Below the pieces are notes generated by a model. It ran no database searches. It saw only the letters and a list, made by a program, of their open reading frames with translations, and was not told where the DNA came from. From Vulcanimicrobiota bacterium (lineage in GTDB: Bacteria > Vulcanimicrobiota > Vulcanimicrobiia > Vulcanimicrobiales > Vulcanimicrobiaceae), in assembly GCA_963733295.1 (NCBI GenBank), contig CAVTCS010000003.1, forward strand, positions 480,001-544,000: a stretch of 64,000 bases of DNA. Reading direction: 5' to 3'. Below are positions 29,070-39,117 of this stretch, piece by piece (position 1 is the first letter of the stretch; each line of letters starts with the position of its first letter). The translations under genes and the position numbers were made by a program.

Positions 29070-30232
29070 GCCGGGGAGGCGGAAGCGGGCGCCGGGAGCT
29101 TGCCGGTCTGCTCGAAGGCGGCGAGGATGATGTCGGTGACCACCTTGGTGCGGTAGCGGCAAGCCTGCGTTTCGCTGCTGCGAAAGGTGCCGTTTTCCCA
29201 ATACTTGTTGCTGCCCGCGCCGCCGCCGCACACGCCGAAATAGTCGCACGTCTCGCGGCAGAGCGCCACGCCGGCCTGCATGTCGGCCTGAACGCGCTGA
29301 AACTTCTCGGTGTGGCAGATCGACTCCAGCGAATCGGTTAAGACGTTGCCGAAAAAGAAGTCGCCGTACTGCTCCGTCCGCACGCCCAGCATCTCCGGAT
29401 CGAAGGTCGAGAAATTCCCTTTGTAATCGAAGTTGACGATGACGAAGGGCGCGTTCATGTCGGTCTGCGTGAGTCGCGAGTCGTAGTAGATCATATTGCA
29501 GATCGATTCGAACTCGCGCAGTTTGAAGACGCCGCCGCCGGCGGCCGTCAGCTCCCACATTCGCTGCATGAACGCCCGGAAGCGCTGGTCGACCTCGGCC
29601 TTATTTTCCAGAGACGAAACCGTGTTGAGTCCCTCGGTTTCCTCGATGTTGAAGCCGACGTCCTCGATGCCGTTCTCCGCAAAGAAGCGGTAGATCTCGT
29701 CGGCATGCTCGAGCGAGTCCTTCGAGACGACCGCGATGACGTTGAACGGAATGCCGTTCGCCTGCAGCAGCTTGATTCCGCGCATCGTCGCTTCGTGGCT
29801 TCCGGTACCCTTCCGCGTCACGCGATGCGCGTCGTGGATGAAAGCCGGCCCGTCGAGACTGACGCCGACCTCGACCTGGCGCTCGATGAAGAGGTCGCAC
29901 CACGCTTGCGTGATGAGCGTGGCGTTGGTCTGCAGCGTCTGAACGACGACGGCCTCCGTGTGGTTGTACTTTTTCGAGGCCTCGTCGATCAGCGCAAAGG
30001 CCGACTTGTAGAAGGAGATGGGAACGGCGAGCGGCTCTCCGGCGTGCCAAGCCACGGCGAAGCCGTCGCCCACGAACGGACTCGTGAAGATCGAGCGGAA
30101 GATCGGCTCGATCAGATCGAGCGAGAGCTGATTGCGGATCTGCCGGTCGGGCAGGTAGCAATAGTCGCAGTTGAGGTTGCAAAACGACGTCGGCTGGACG
30201 ATGACCAGATTGATCGGCCCGAAACGGCTCAT
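29066..30232 (-). CDS. grrM: cyclophane-forming radical SAM/SPASM peptide maturase (GrrM/OscB family)
   Basis: QPTSFCNLNCDYCYLP (CxxxCxxC), WHAGEPL, QTNATL, SLDGP, SPASM CRETCDYFGVCGGGAGSNKYWENGTF...C. Starts 24 bp after the aromatic-x-Asn repeat precursor. Confidence 0.9.
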   Translation of the reverse strand: MSRFGPINLVIVQPTSFCNLNCDYCYLPDRQIRNQLSLDLIEPIFRSIFTSPFVGDGFAVAWHAGEPLAVPISFYKSAFALIDEASKKYNHTEAVVVQTLQTNATLITQAWCDLFIERQVEVGVSLDGPAFIHDAHRVTRKGTGSHEATMRGIKLLQANGIPFNVIAVVSKDSLEHADEIYRFFAENGIEDVGFNIEETEGLNTVSSLENKAEVDQRFRAFMQRMWELTAAGGGVFKLREFESICNMIYYDSRLTQTDMNAPFVIVNFDYKGNFSTFDPEMLGVRTEQYGDFFFGNVLTDSLESICHTEKFQRVQADMQAGVALCRETCDYFGVCGGGAGSNKYWENGTFRSSETQACRYRTKVVTDIILAAFEQTGKLPAPASASPA

Positions 30233-30256
30233 AGCGTTCGAAAGGGAATCCGCGGG

Positions 30257-30866
30257 CTAGCGGTTATAGAAGCCGCCGCCGTTACGGAACGAGCCGCCGC
30301 CGTTATGGAAGCCGTTGCCGCCGTTCTTGAACGCACCGCTGCCGCCGTTCTTAAAAGCACCGTTCCCGCCACCGTTGCCCCAGCCGCCCACGTTGTTTTT
30401 CCAGCCGTTGTAACTGTTCCGGAAGCCCGCCGAATTGTTCCGGAAGCCCGCGCCGGTATTGTAGAATGCACCGTGGTTGATCCACCCCGGATATGCGTTG
30501 CGCCATCCCCCATAGTAGTTGCGAAACGCGGGAGCGTTATTCAGGAAGTGGATCCCGGCGTTGTTCCAAATGCCGACGTTGTACCAAGCCGGAACAGCGT
30601 TGCGAAAGCCGTAGGTGGCGTTGCGAAAGGTCGGCGCATAGTTGAGGAAGGCCTGCGCCACGAGGACGGGGCCGTCCGGCGGTTTCGAGGGGCGCGCCGA
30701 GGACGTCCTCTCGATTTCGAATGGCATCGGAGAGCGCACCCAGCCGCGCGTCGATCGAAGCTTTCTCATTGTCCGCTTGGACGGGCTCGGCGTCGGCCTG
30801 CGGGATCATCGTCCCGCACAACGTGAGCATCAGCCCGACTAACCCTGCGCGGTGACCGATCTTCAT
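30257..30866 (-). CDS. grrA: GrrA/OscA-like RiPP (triceptide) precursor, about 202 aa, interrupted by a +1 frameshift at 30689-30692
   Basis: GGGAGA RBS, ATG 30866. Leader MKIGHRAGLVGLMLTL...SIDARLGALSDAIRNRED is in one frame; the core with 19 [F/W]xN motifs is in the adjacent frame and ends at TAG 30257. Confidence 0.85.
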
Positions 30867-30944
30867 GGAAAGTCTCCCGGGAAAAGGGTGCGCGTGGAGC
30901 GTCATCCTCGCGGGGGCGCCCCGTCTCCTCCCGTAAGGATGAGA

Positions 30945-30989
30945 GAAGGCTTAGAGGAATCGATCCAGCGAGCGAAGGCTTAGGGAATC
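30945..30989. repeat. imperfect direct repeat GAAGGCTTAG(A)GGAATC x2 upstream of the RiPP precursor
   Basis: Copies at 30945-30961 and 30974-30989. Confidence 0.7.
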
Positions 30990-32179
30990 TAGTTCTGCCC
31001 GATCAGCTCGAACAGGGCTGCCGCGCCCATGCCGCCGCCCACGCACATCGTCACGACGACGTTTTTGGCTTTCCGGCGCTGCCCCTCGAGAATCGCGTGC
31101 AGGGTCAGCCGTGCTCCGCTCATTCCGTACGGGTGGCCGATCGAAATGGCTCCCCCGTCCACGTTGAAGCGCTCGTTGGGAATTCCCAGCTTGTCGCGGC
31201 AATAGATCGTCTGCACCGCGAACGCTTCATTCAACTCCCACAGATCGATGTCGTCGATTCCCAGGTTGTGCCGCTCGAGAAGTTTGGGGATCGCGAAGAC
31301 CGGACCGATCCCCATCTCGTCCGGTTTGACTCCCGCGACCGCCATGCCGCGGTAGTAGGCAAGCGGTTTGAGGTCGTGCTTCTCGGCGTAGTCGTAGCTG
31401 GTCACGACGACCGCGGCCGCTCCGTCGGAAAGCTGGCTCGAGTTACCGGCGGTGATCGACGACTTCGGATTCAAGACACCCTTGAGCGCCGCAAGGCCCT
31501 CGAGCGTCGTATCGGGCCGGTTGCCCTCGTCCTTGGTGAGCGTGACCCGCGACTCTTTGACTTCGCCGGTTTCTTTGTTCTGTTCGTACTTCCAGGTTTC
31601 GAGCGGAACGATCTCCCGATCGAAGCGTCCTGCAACTTGCGCGGCCGCGACGCGTTGCTGACTTTGCAACGAGTACTCATCCTGGCGCTCGCGCGAAACG
31701 TGATAGCGTTCGGCGACGATGTCGGCCGTCTGCAGCATCGGAAAGAAGAGATCGGCTTCATGGCGCATCAGCCACTCTTCCGAGAAGAACTTGATGTTGA
31801 GATTGTTCTGCACGAGGCTGATCGACTCGGCGCCGCCGGCAACCATGGCTGGGGCACCGTCGACTGCGACACGCTGCGCGGCGAGACTAATCGCTTGCAG
31901 CCCCGAGGCGCAGTACCGGCAGATCGTGGTACCGGCGACTTCGATCGGCAAGCCGGCGCGAACCGCGGCGTTCCGCCCGAGGTTGTGCCCGGTCGCGCCT
32001 TCCGGCAGACCGACACCGAAGACGACGTCCTCGATGTCGTGAGGGTCGACGCCGCTGCGTTCGACCGCGTGCTTGACCACGTGTCCGGCCAGCGTTGCTC
32101 CGTGCGTCATGTTGTAAGCGCCACGGAAGGCGCGGCCGATGGGCGTTCGCGCTCCGGCGATGATGACGGGTTCGTTCAT
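30989..32179 (-). CDS. acetyl-CoA C-acyltransferase (thiolase)
   Basis: [35 protein letters not shown]. Confidence 0.95.
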   Translation of the reverse strand: MNEPVIIAGARTPIGRAFRGAYNMTHGATLAGHVVKHAVERSGVDPHDIEDVVFGVGLPEGATGHNLGRNAAVRAGLPIEVAGTTICRYCASGLQAISLAAQRVAVDGAPAMVAGGAESISLVQNNLNIKFFSEEWLMRHEADLFFPMLQTADIVAERYHVSRERQDEYSLQSQQRVAAAQVAGRFDREIVPLETWKYEQNKETGEVKESRVTLTKDEGNRPDTTLEGLAALKGVLNPKSSITAGNSSQLSDGAAAVVVTSYDYAEKHDLKPLAYYRGMAVAGVKPDEMGIGPVFAIPKLLERHNLGIDDIDLWELNEAFAVQTIYCRDKLGIPNERFNVDGGAISIGHPYGMSGARLTLHAILEGQRRKAKNVVVTMCVGGGMGAAALFELIGQN

Positions 32180-32189
32180 AGCGGCGATC

Positions 32190-34292
32190 TCATACCTTTG
32201 CGAGTTGAGCGTGTTTGGCGAACGTCGCGTTGCTTGCGGCGAGTTCGGCGAGAAGCGGCGCGGGTTCCCAGTGCGGGCCGAAGCGCTTCCGGAAATCGAC
32301 GATCGCATCGTACATTCGTTTGGTTCCGACCGCGTCGGCATACCACATCGGGCCGCCGCGATACCAGGGGTAACCGAAACCGAAAACCCAGACGATGTCG
32401 ATGTCTCCGGGTCGCAAGGCCAAGCCCTCGCCCAGCAGCCACGCTCCGCGGTTGGAAAGTGCGTACATGCAGCGTTGCAGGATCTCTTCGCTCGAGATCT
32501 CGCGCCGCGCAATGCCGAGTTCTTTCGATTCCAGCGCGATCAGGGCGTCGACTTCGGGATCGGCAATGGCCTCGCGGCTGCCGGCCTCGTAGCGATAGAA
32601 GCCCGCCCCCGTCTTCTGGCCGTAGCGTCCCTTCTCATAAAGCTTCGTGACGATATTCGACGTCCGGAAAGGCGTCTTAGGCGCTTCGAGACCGATCTTG
32701 TAGAACACGTCCAGGCCCGAAAGGTCGAACGTTTGGAAGGGACCGATGGGGAAGCCGAAGTCGCGCATCACGGCGTCGATTTGGCTCGGCAGCGCGCCTT
32801 CTTCGATCAAGTAATTCGCCTCGCGCGCGTAGTCGAACAGCATGCGGTTGCCGATGAATCCGAAGGCGTTGCCGGAGACGACGCCCTTTTTCTTGAGCGC
32901 CTTTGCGATGCCGGTTGCGGTCACGAGCGTTTCGGGCGAACTCTTGCCGCCGCGAACGATCTCGAGCAACTGCATGATGTTCGCGGGAGCGAAGAAGTGC
33001 AGCCCGACCACACTTCCGGGACGCTTCGTCTCGCCGGCCATCTGGTCGATGTCGAGCGTCGAGGTATTCGAGGCGAGCACGGCGCCCGGTTTGAGCGCCC
33101 GGTCGAGCGCCGCGAAGACTTTCTTCTTGACGTCCATGCTCTCGAACACGGCCTCGATCACGAGGTCGACGTCGGCGATTGCGGTATAGTCGCTCACGAA
33201 CTTGATCGAGTCGACGCGAGCCGCCGCTTCTTCGGCGCTCATGCGTCCCTTCTTGACTTGAGCCGCGTAGGTATCGGCGACCGTTTTCTTGCCGCGCTCG
33301 ACTTGCTCCGGGCTCACGTCGATGACCGAAACCGGGATCTTCGCGTTCGCGAACGTCATCGCGATGCCGGTGCCCATCGTTCCGGCGCCGACCACCGCGG
33401 CCTTCTCGACTTTGCGACCTTCGACGGGCGGAAGGTTCGGAATCTTCCCGAGTTCGCGTTCCGCGAAGAACAAGTGGATCGCGGCTTGCGCCTGGGGTCC
33501 GACGACCAGCTCTTCGAAAAGCCGGTATTCGCGCGCGAGGCCGAACGGGAAGTCGAGCATCGAGGCCGCTTCCACCGCATCGATGAGCTTGTGCGCGGCG
33601 AATCCGCCTTTGTCTTCGGGTGGAACCATGCCGTGCGCGATCGCCGTCATGAAAGGCAAAACGGTAAACGACTTGGCGCTGGCGCGGTTCTTCGTTCCGG
33701 CTTTCTCCTTTGCGAAAGCGACCGCTCGCGTCACGACGTCGCCCTCGACGACCTCGTCGACGAGTCCCATCGCTTTCGACTGCTTGGCGCTCTTCGGATC
33801 GCCTTTGAGCATGAAGTCGAGCGCGATCTGCGCGCCGAGCATGCGAGGCAAGCGCTGTGTCCCGCCGGCACCGGGCAGCAGGCCGAGCTTGATCTCCGGC
33901 GTGCCGAGACGCGCGTTCGAGGAGGCGAGCCGAAAGTCGCAGGTGATCGCGACCTCACAACCTCCGCCGAACGCGTTTCCCTCGATCGCGGCGACGAAGG
34001 TCTTCGGACTGCGTTCGATGGCGGCCGTCACGTCGCGCGCGTTTTTCGAACCGGCGGGAGGCGGTTTGAGAAACTCGTTGATATCTGCGCCGCCGCTGAA
34101 CGTTCCGTTGGAGCCGGTGATGACGATCGCGTCGACGCCCGGATCGGCTTCCGCGACGGCGATTTCGGCCACCAAGGCCTCGCAAACGGCCGATGAGAGC
34201 GCATTCACCGGCGGATTGTGGATCGAAATGACGCGTACGCCTTCCCGCGTTTCAGAACTTGTGAGTGCCGGGCGAGTTGGCGTCTCTAGCAT
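32190..34292 (-). CDS. bifunctional enoyl-CoA hydratase/3-hydroxyacyl-CoA dehydrogenase
   Basis: [57 protein letters not shown]. Confidence 0.95.
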   Translation of the reverse strand: MLETPTRPALTSSETREGVRVISIHNPPVNALSSAVCEALVAEIAVAEADPGVDAIVITGSNGTFSGGADINEFLKPPPAGSKNARDVTAAIERSPKTFVAAIEGNAFGGGCEVAITCDFRLASSNARLGTPEIKLGLLPGAGGTQRLPRMLGAQIALDFMLKGDPKSAKQSKAMGLVDEVVEGDVVTRAVAFAKEKAGTKNRASAKSFTVLPFMTAIAHGMVPPEDKGGFAAHKLIDAVEAASMLDFPFGLAREYRLFEELVVGPQAQAAIHLFFAERELGKIPNLPPVEGRKVEKAAVVGAGTMGTGIAMTFANAKIPVSVIDVSPEQVERGKKTVADTYAAQVKKGRMSAEEAAARVDSIKFVSDYTAIADVDLVIEAVFESMDVKKKVFAALDRALKPGAVLASNTSTLDIDQMAGETKRPGSVVGLHFFAPANIMQLLEIVRGGKSSPETLVTATGIAKALKKKGVVSGNAFGFIGNRMLFDYAREANYLIEEGALPSQIDAVMRDFGFPIGPFQTFDLSGLDVFYKIGLEAPKTPFRTSNIVTKLYEKGRYGQKTGAGFYRYEAGSREAIADPEVDALIALESKELGIARREISSEEILQRCMYALSNRGAWLLGEGLALRPGDIDIVWVFGFGYPWYRGGPMWYADAVGTKRMYDAIVDFRKRFGPHWEPAPLLAELAASNATFAKHAQLAKV

Positions 34293-34394
34293 GTTGGTTC
34301 TCCGGGCAAAAAGGGTGGAAGGCGCACATTCGACGCGCGGGTCGGGGCCCTTGCGAAAGGGAACGGCGTGGATGGAAACGAGAAAGGTCGCAGG

Positions 34395-36164
34395 ATGGAA
34401 ACCCTTCCGCAATACATCTCGGGGGCGCTAGCCAAGCCCGGTCCGCGTGCGTTCGCCGAGCGTCTCGGCGCGAAAGAGTGGCATTTCACGAGCTCGCGCG
34501 AGATGCTCGCGCGCGCCTCTTCGATCGCTTGCGCGTTGCGCTTTTCGGGAATCGAGCGAGGCGACCGGGTTGCGCTGATCGCCGATAACCGCGTCGATTG
34601 GATCGCAGCCAACTTCGGCATCCTGCTGGCCGGCTGCGTCGTCGTCCCGGTTTTCGCGACCCTCGCGCACGACCAGCTCGACTTCATCTTTGCGGATTCC
34701 GGCGCCAAACTCGCGTTCGTCGAGTCGCCTGCGATGGCGTACCGCTTGCGCGAGCGCTGCAGCCACGCGCCTCGCATGATCGCGTTCGACGGCGCCGGTC
34801 CCGATTCGCTCGCGGTTTTCGAGGCCGGTGGAGCTATGAACCTCGAAAAAGGACGCGCGGTTCTCGGAACGTTTACCGAGAGCATCGGGCCGAACGAGCT
34901 AGCCGTCCTGATCTACACCTCGGGCACGACCGGTAACCCCAAGGGCGTCATGCTCTCGCATAACAACCTCACCTCGAACGCGCGCGATACGTTCAGCACC
35001 GGTTTCGACCACATGCGAGCCGACGATCCGGTGCTTTCGGTGTTGCCCTTCGCGCACGTCTACGAGTTCATCGACGCACTCGGCATCATTCAGTTCGACT
35101 GGCGCTTTTACATCACGCGACCGGAGTATCTCGTCGACGATCTGAAGTCCGTCCGTCCGGTCATCATGGCCCTCGTCCCGCGCATTTTCGAGCGTCTCTT
35201 AGCAGCGCTCTACGCGCGCGCCAAGGCCGAGGGCGGAATCAAGGCCAAGCTCGTCCCCTGGGCGCTCGGAACGGGACGCGAATATGCGGAGGCAACGCTC
35301 GAAGGCCGCAGCGCGCCGCCGCTCTTACAAGCGAAATACGCGCTCGCGCAACGGCTGGTGCTCTCAAAGATCAAACCTGCGCTGGGACTCGACCGCGTTC
35401 GCGCGCTCGCGAGCGGCAGCGCGCCGCTGCACCGCGACATCGCGTTGACGTTCGCCGGAATGGGCATTCCGATTGCCGAGGGCTACGGCCTCACTGAGAC
35501 CTCGCCGGTCGTCACCGCGAACCGGCTCGGTTCGATCCGCTATGGGAGCGTCGGTCGACCGATTGCAAACGTGCAAGTGAAGATCGCCGACGACGGCGAG
35601 GTGCTAGTCAAGGGACCGAACGTCATGCTCGGCTACTACCATCTGCCCGACGAGCATCCGCTGACCGCCGACGGCTGGTTCATGACCGGCGACATCGGCA
35701 AGCTCGACGCCGACGGCTACCTTTACATCACCGACCGCAAGAAGGAACTCATCAAGACCTCGGCAGGGAAATACGTCGCACCTAGTCGCGTCGAGGCGGC
35801 GCTCAAACGCTCGAGCTACATCGCGCAAGTCTTCGTTCTCGGAGATGGGCGTCCGTATCCAGCCGCGCTGGTCGCGCCCAACTGGGATCTCATCCGCAAA
35901 GACTTTTCGATTCCCGCCGAGGTGCCGACGGCGGCCATCTCCGAGCGGGCCGACGTGGAAGAGTTCGTTCGCAAACAGGTTGCGGATATGTCGGCCGATC
36001 TCGCCAGCTTCGAACAGGTCCGGAAGATCGCGCTCTTGCCGCGCGATCTGACGATCGAAGACGGCGAACTCTCGCCGACGCTCAAAGTCAAGCGGCGCGT
36101 CGTCGAAACGCGCTATGCGGATCTCGTCGAGCGCGCCTACGCCGATCGGGAGTTAGTCAAATAA
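34395..36164 (+). CDS. long-chain fatty acid-CoA ligase
   Basis: IYTSGTTGNPKGV, EGYGLTET, TGDIG, ELSPTLKVKR. Confidence 0.93.
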   Translation: METLPQYISGALAKPGPRAFAERLGAKEWHFTSSREMLARASSIACALRFSGIERGDRVALIADNRVDWIAANFGILLAGCVVVPVFATLAHDQLDFIFADSGAKLAFVESPAMAYRLRERCSHAPRMIAFDGAGPDSLAVFEAGGAMNLEKGRAVLGTFTESIGPNELAVLIYTSGTTGNPKGVMLSHNNLTSNARDTFSTGFDHMRADDPVLSVLPFAHVYEFIDALGIIQFDWRFYITRPEYLVDDLKSVRPVIMALVPRIFERLLAALYARAKAEGGIKAKLVPWALGTGREYAEATLEGRSAPPLLQAKYALAQRLVLSKIKPALGLDRVRALASGSAPLHRDIALTFAGMGIPIAEGYGLTETSPVVTANRLGSIRYGSVGRPIANVQVKIADDGEVLVKGPNVMLGYYHLPDEHPLTADGWFMTGDIGKLDADGYLYITDRKKELIKTSAGKYVAPSRVEAALKRSSYIAQVFVLGDGRPYPAALVAPNWDLIRKDFSIPAEVPTAAISERADVEEFVRKQVADMSADLASFEQVRKIALLPRDLTIEDGELSPTLKVKRRVVETRYADLVERAYADRELVK

Positions 36165-36998
36165 GAGTTCGGCTAGCGCGCGCGAGAGTTCGGTCGTTTC
36201 GTCCGCCAGTTCGAGGACGATCGTGAAATGGTTGTGGCCCGCCGCGATCAACTCTTCAGCCGGATAACGGCGCGCGCGCCAGGTCTCGACATAGTGATGC
36301 GTCTGGCGTCTGAATTCGTCCGTCTCGCGTTCGCCGACCGCGGCGACGAGCCTGACCGGAGATTCGGGAAGGCGCCGCACGGGGCTGTTGCGCTCGGCCG
36401 AGGCCGCGTCGAGACGCGCCCACTCGTTGATGTGCGAGAGCCGGACCGGCTCGAGATCGAAGAGTCCGCTTAGCGCAAACACGCCCGCCGGACGCAATTG
36501 CGAGCCGGCCAACATCCCGGCCAGGTGCCCGCCCGCGGAGTGCCCGCCGGCGACGATCCGCGCGGGGTCGGCGTTCAGGCGCGCCGCGTTGTTGGCCGTC
36601 CAGTCGAAAGCGGCTCGGATGGAAGCGACGATGTCGTCGATCGAAGCCGCCGGCGCGAGCGGGTAGTTGACGATCGCCGCCGCGCCGCCCGCGCGTACGA
36701 CCGGCTCCGCGAGAAAGGTGAAGAAGCTCTTGTCGAGCCGTCGCCAGTAGCCACCGTGAATGAAAAAGAAGAGCGGCGCACCCGGGCGCTCTGCCGGAAA
36801 GAGGTCGATGCGGTTGCGCTCGCCCGGACCGTACGCGACGTCGAGTTCGGCTCGCAGGTTCGGCAGAGCACGCGCGCTGGCCGCCGCAAAGCGCGCGTAA
36901 TACGGCTCGATTGCCGGAACGGTTCCGGCGGCGTCGTACTGCCGGTTCAGCTCGTCCTGAGAGAACGTTGCGTAGACCGCGCCCGAAGCGACGTTCAT
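36153..36998 (-). CDS. alpha/beta hydrolase (arylformamidase/esterase-like)
   Basis: FIHGGYW, GHSAGGHL, NHF. Confidence 0.85.
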   Translation of the reverse strand: MNVASGAVYATFSQDELNRQYDAAGTVPAIEPYYARFAAASARALPNLRAELDVAYGPGERNRIDLFPAERPGAPLFFFIHGGYWRRLDKSFFTFLAEPVVRAGGAAAIVNYPLAPAASIDDIVASIRAAFDWTANNAARLNADPARIVAGGHSAGGHLAGMLAGSQLRPAGVFALSGLFDLEPVRLSHINEWARLDAASAERNSPVRRLPESPVRLVAAVGERETDEFRRQTHHYVETWRARRYPAEELIAAGHNHFTIVLELADETTELSRALAELLFD

Positions 36999-37450
36999 GT
37001 CTGGCGGAAGTAGGCCGAGGCGATCTTCCCGCTCGCGGTGATGCCGAGCGTGAAAGAGAGCGTGCCCTCGGGCCACGTCACGGCGAACACGTACGCGGTG
37101 TTCCCGGAAGCGCTATCTTTGTAGTTGATCACGACCGATTGCGGTTGACCCTTCGGCAACGCGCTCTGGATCTGCGCCACCGCCGTCTTGTCAAGCGTCG
37201 CGCTGAAATCGGAGGTAAGTTGGGAGCGATCGATGTCGCCGGACTGAAACCGTGCGATCCATTCGCGAGCTCGCTGGGTTGCCTCGGCGTCGGAGCCGCG
37301 CGCCGGTCCGGGCGTCGGCGTGGCGGGGGCGGCGCTCTGCGAGGGCACGGGGCTGGGCGTCGGCGCGAAGGTACCGGCCGTCGCTGCCAACGGGAGCAGT
37401 GCGGTCGCCGCGAAGGCGCCTAATGCACGCGCTTTTCGAATCCTGTCCAT
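36995..37450 (-). CDS. hypothetical exported protein
   Basis: Signal peptide and Pro/Ser/Thr linker followed by a small globular domain. Confidence 0.6.
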   Translation of the reverse strand: MDRIRKARALGAFAATALLPLAATAGTFAPTPSPVPSQSAAPATPTPGPARGSDAEATQRAREWIARFQSGDIDRSQLTSDFSATLDKTAVAQIQSALPKGQPQSVVINYKDSASGNTAYVFAVTWPEGTLSFTLGITASGKIASAYFRQT

Positions 37451-39039
37451 TCTCTCTCCCGTAGCACGAATTTTTGGATCTTGCCGGTCGAGGTCTTCGG
37501 CAACTCACCGAACTCGACTTCCTTTGGCGCCTTGAAGTGCGGTAAGCGCTCGCGGCAATGCGCGATCAAGGTCTCGGCGCTCACCTCGTGCCCGGCTTTT
37601 ACGACGACGAACGCTTTGGGAACCTCGCCCCAGGCCTCGTCAGGCTTCGCCACGACCGCGCACTCGAGAACGTCCGGATGCTCCAGGATCACTTTCTCCA
37701 CCTGAACCGTCGAGATGTTCTCTCCGCCGCTGATGATGACGTCTTTCGCCCGGTCCGCAATTTCGAGATAACCGTCGGGGTGCATCACTGCGATGTCGCC
37801 GCTGTGAAAGTAGCCACCGGCGAACGCTTGGGCGGTCGCCTGCGGATCGCGGTAGTAACCTTTCATCACGTTGTTGCCGCGCATCACGATCTCACCGAGG
37901 GTCGCGCCGTCGCTCGGGACGTCGCGCAGCTCGACGCCGGAGGCCGCCTCGGGCGCGAGTTGTTCGGCAGAGAGTTGTTCGACGACACGCACGTCGCCGG
38001 CTCCGACGGTGACAAGCCCGACGCCTTGGCGCGCCTTGAGCTTGGCGCGTTCGCCGGCGGGTAACGCGTCCCACTCGGTCTGCCACGCCGAAATGGTGAT
38101 GGGACCGTAGGTCTCGGTGAGTCCGTAGACCTGCGTTACGGTCGCGCCGAGCGCCTCGATCTGCGCGATCGTCGTCGGTGCCGGCGCCGCCCCGGCGGTG
38201 ACGACGTGAACGGGTTGCGGGAAGGGACGAGCTTTCGGGTGGTTTGCAATTCCAATCAACACGGTGGGCGCGCCGCAGAAGTGGGTGACGCGCTCCCGCT
38301 CGACGAGGTCGAAGATCGCTTCGGCTTCGACTTTAGCGAGGCAGACGTGCGTGCCGCCGGCGGCGGTCACCGCCCAGGGATAACACCAGCCGTTGCAATG
38401 GAACATCGGAAGCGTCCAAAGGTACACGCTTTCCGGGCGGAGGTCCGCCGTTGCGATCTCGGCCAGCGCATTCAGATATGCGCCGCGGTGCGTGAACATC
38501 ACGCCCTTCGGTTTTCCGGTCGTCCCGCTCGTGTAGTTGATCGAAATCGTCGCGTCTTCATCGGTAACCGGATTTTCGATCGGTTCTCCCGGCGAGCGGG
38601 CCAGCAGCGCTTCGAGATCTTGTGCGGTTGCGTCACCGCTGCGCACGCGCCGTACCCCGGGAGCGAGTCCTTCGACGAGCGGCGCGAATTCGGGATCGTA
38701 AACGACGACGCTCGCGCCGCAGTGGTCGACGATATAGGCTATCTCGCTCGCGATCAGGCGGACGTTGAGCGCGCAGAGAACGCCGCCGGCAAGAGGCACC
38801 GCGAAGTGTGCCTCGAGCAGCGTCGTTTGGTTCTTTGCGAGGAGCGCGACGCGCTCGCCGTTGCGAACGCCGAGCGCGTGCAGCACGTGCGCAAAGCGGT
38901 AGACGCGTTCGAGCATTTCAGGGTAGGTCCGGCGCACGGCACCGTCAACCACAGCCGTCTTCCGGCGGTATACACGGGCGCTCCGCTCGAGGAAATCGAT
39001 CGGACTGAGGCGGCGCAAATGGACGCTCACGACGAGCAC
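37420..39039 (-). CDS. acyl-CoA synthetase (AMP-forming)
   Basis: [41 protein letters not shown]. Confidence 0.93.
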   Translation of the reverse strand: MLVVSVHLRRLSPIDFLERSARVYRRKTAVVDGAVRRTYPEMLERVYRFAHVLHALGVRNGERVALLAKNQTTLLEAHFAVPLAGGVLCALNVRLIASEIAYIVDHCGASVVVYDPEFAPLVEGLAPGVRRVRSGDATAQDLEALLARSPGEPIENPVTDEDATISINYTSGTTGKPKGVMFTHRGAYLNALAEIATADLRPESVYLWTLPMFHCNGWCYPWAVTAAGGTHVCLAKVEAEAIFDLVERERVTHFCGAPTVLIGIANHPKARPFPQPVHVVTAGAAPAPTTIAQIEALGATVTQVYGLTETYGPITISAWQTEWDALPAGERAKLKARQGVGLVTVGAGDVRVVEQLSAEQLAPEAASGVELRDVPSDGATLGEIVMRGNNVMKGYYRDPQATAQAFAGGYFHSGDIAVMHPDGYLEIADRAKDVIISGGENISTVQVEKVILEHPDVLECAVVAKPDEAWGEVPKAFVVVKAGHEVSAETLIAHCRERLPHFKAPKEVEFGELPKTSTGKIQKFVLREREWTGFEKRVH

Positions 39040-39117
39040 TTACCGGGCGAGCCCGCCCACAACCTGCGACCTTTCTCGGGCAGCAAACTCCCGCTCGGCG
39101 CCGAAGTCATACATGCT

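Noticed and set aside
30257..30660. 21-bp-period DNA repeats as a possible CRISPR array or VNTR
   Set aside because: The repeats are degenerate, in frame and explained by the peptide motif. There are no constant repeats with unique spacers and no cas genes.
30537..30905. Tracked 122-aa and 170-aa ORFs as two separate genes
   Set aside because: They are better explained as the leader and core halves of one frameshifted precursor.
34370..34402. GGATGGAAAC repeated twice between the divergent fatty-acid genes
   Set aside because: Only 10 bp, and one copy includes the start codon; not enough to call an operator.
31097..34431. Long plus-strand ORFs (517, 685 and 380 aa)
   Set aside because: Antisense shadows of the thiolase and hydratase/dehydrogenase genes, typical of high-GC DNA; no motifs.
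38206..39117. Apparent 300-aa N-terminal extension of FumC
   Set aside because: It is antisense to the acyl-CoA synthetase; fumarase similarity begins at ATG 39118.
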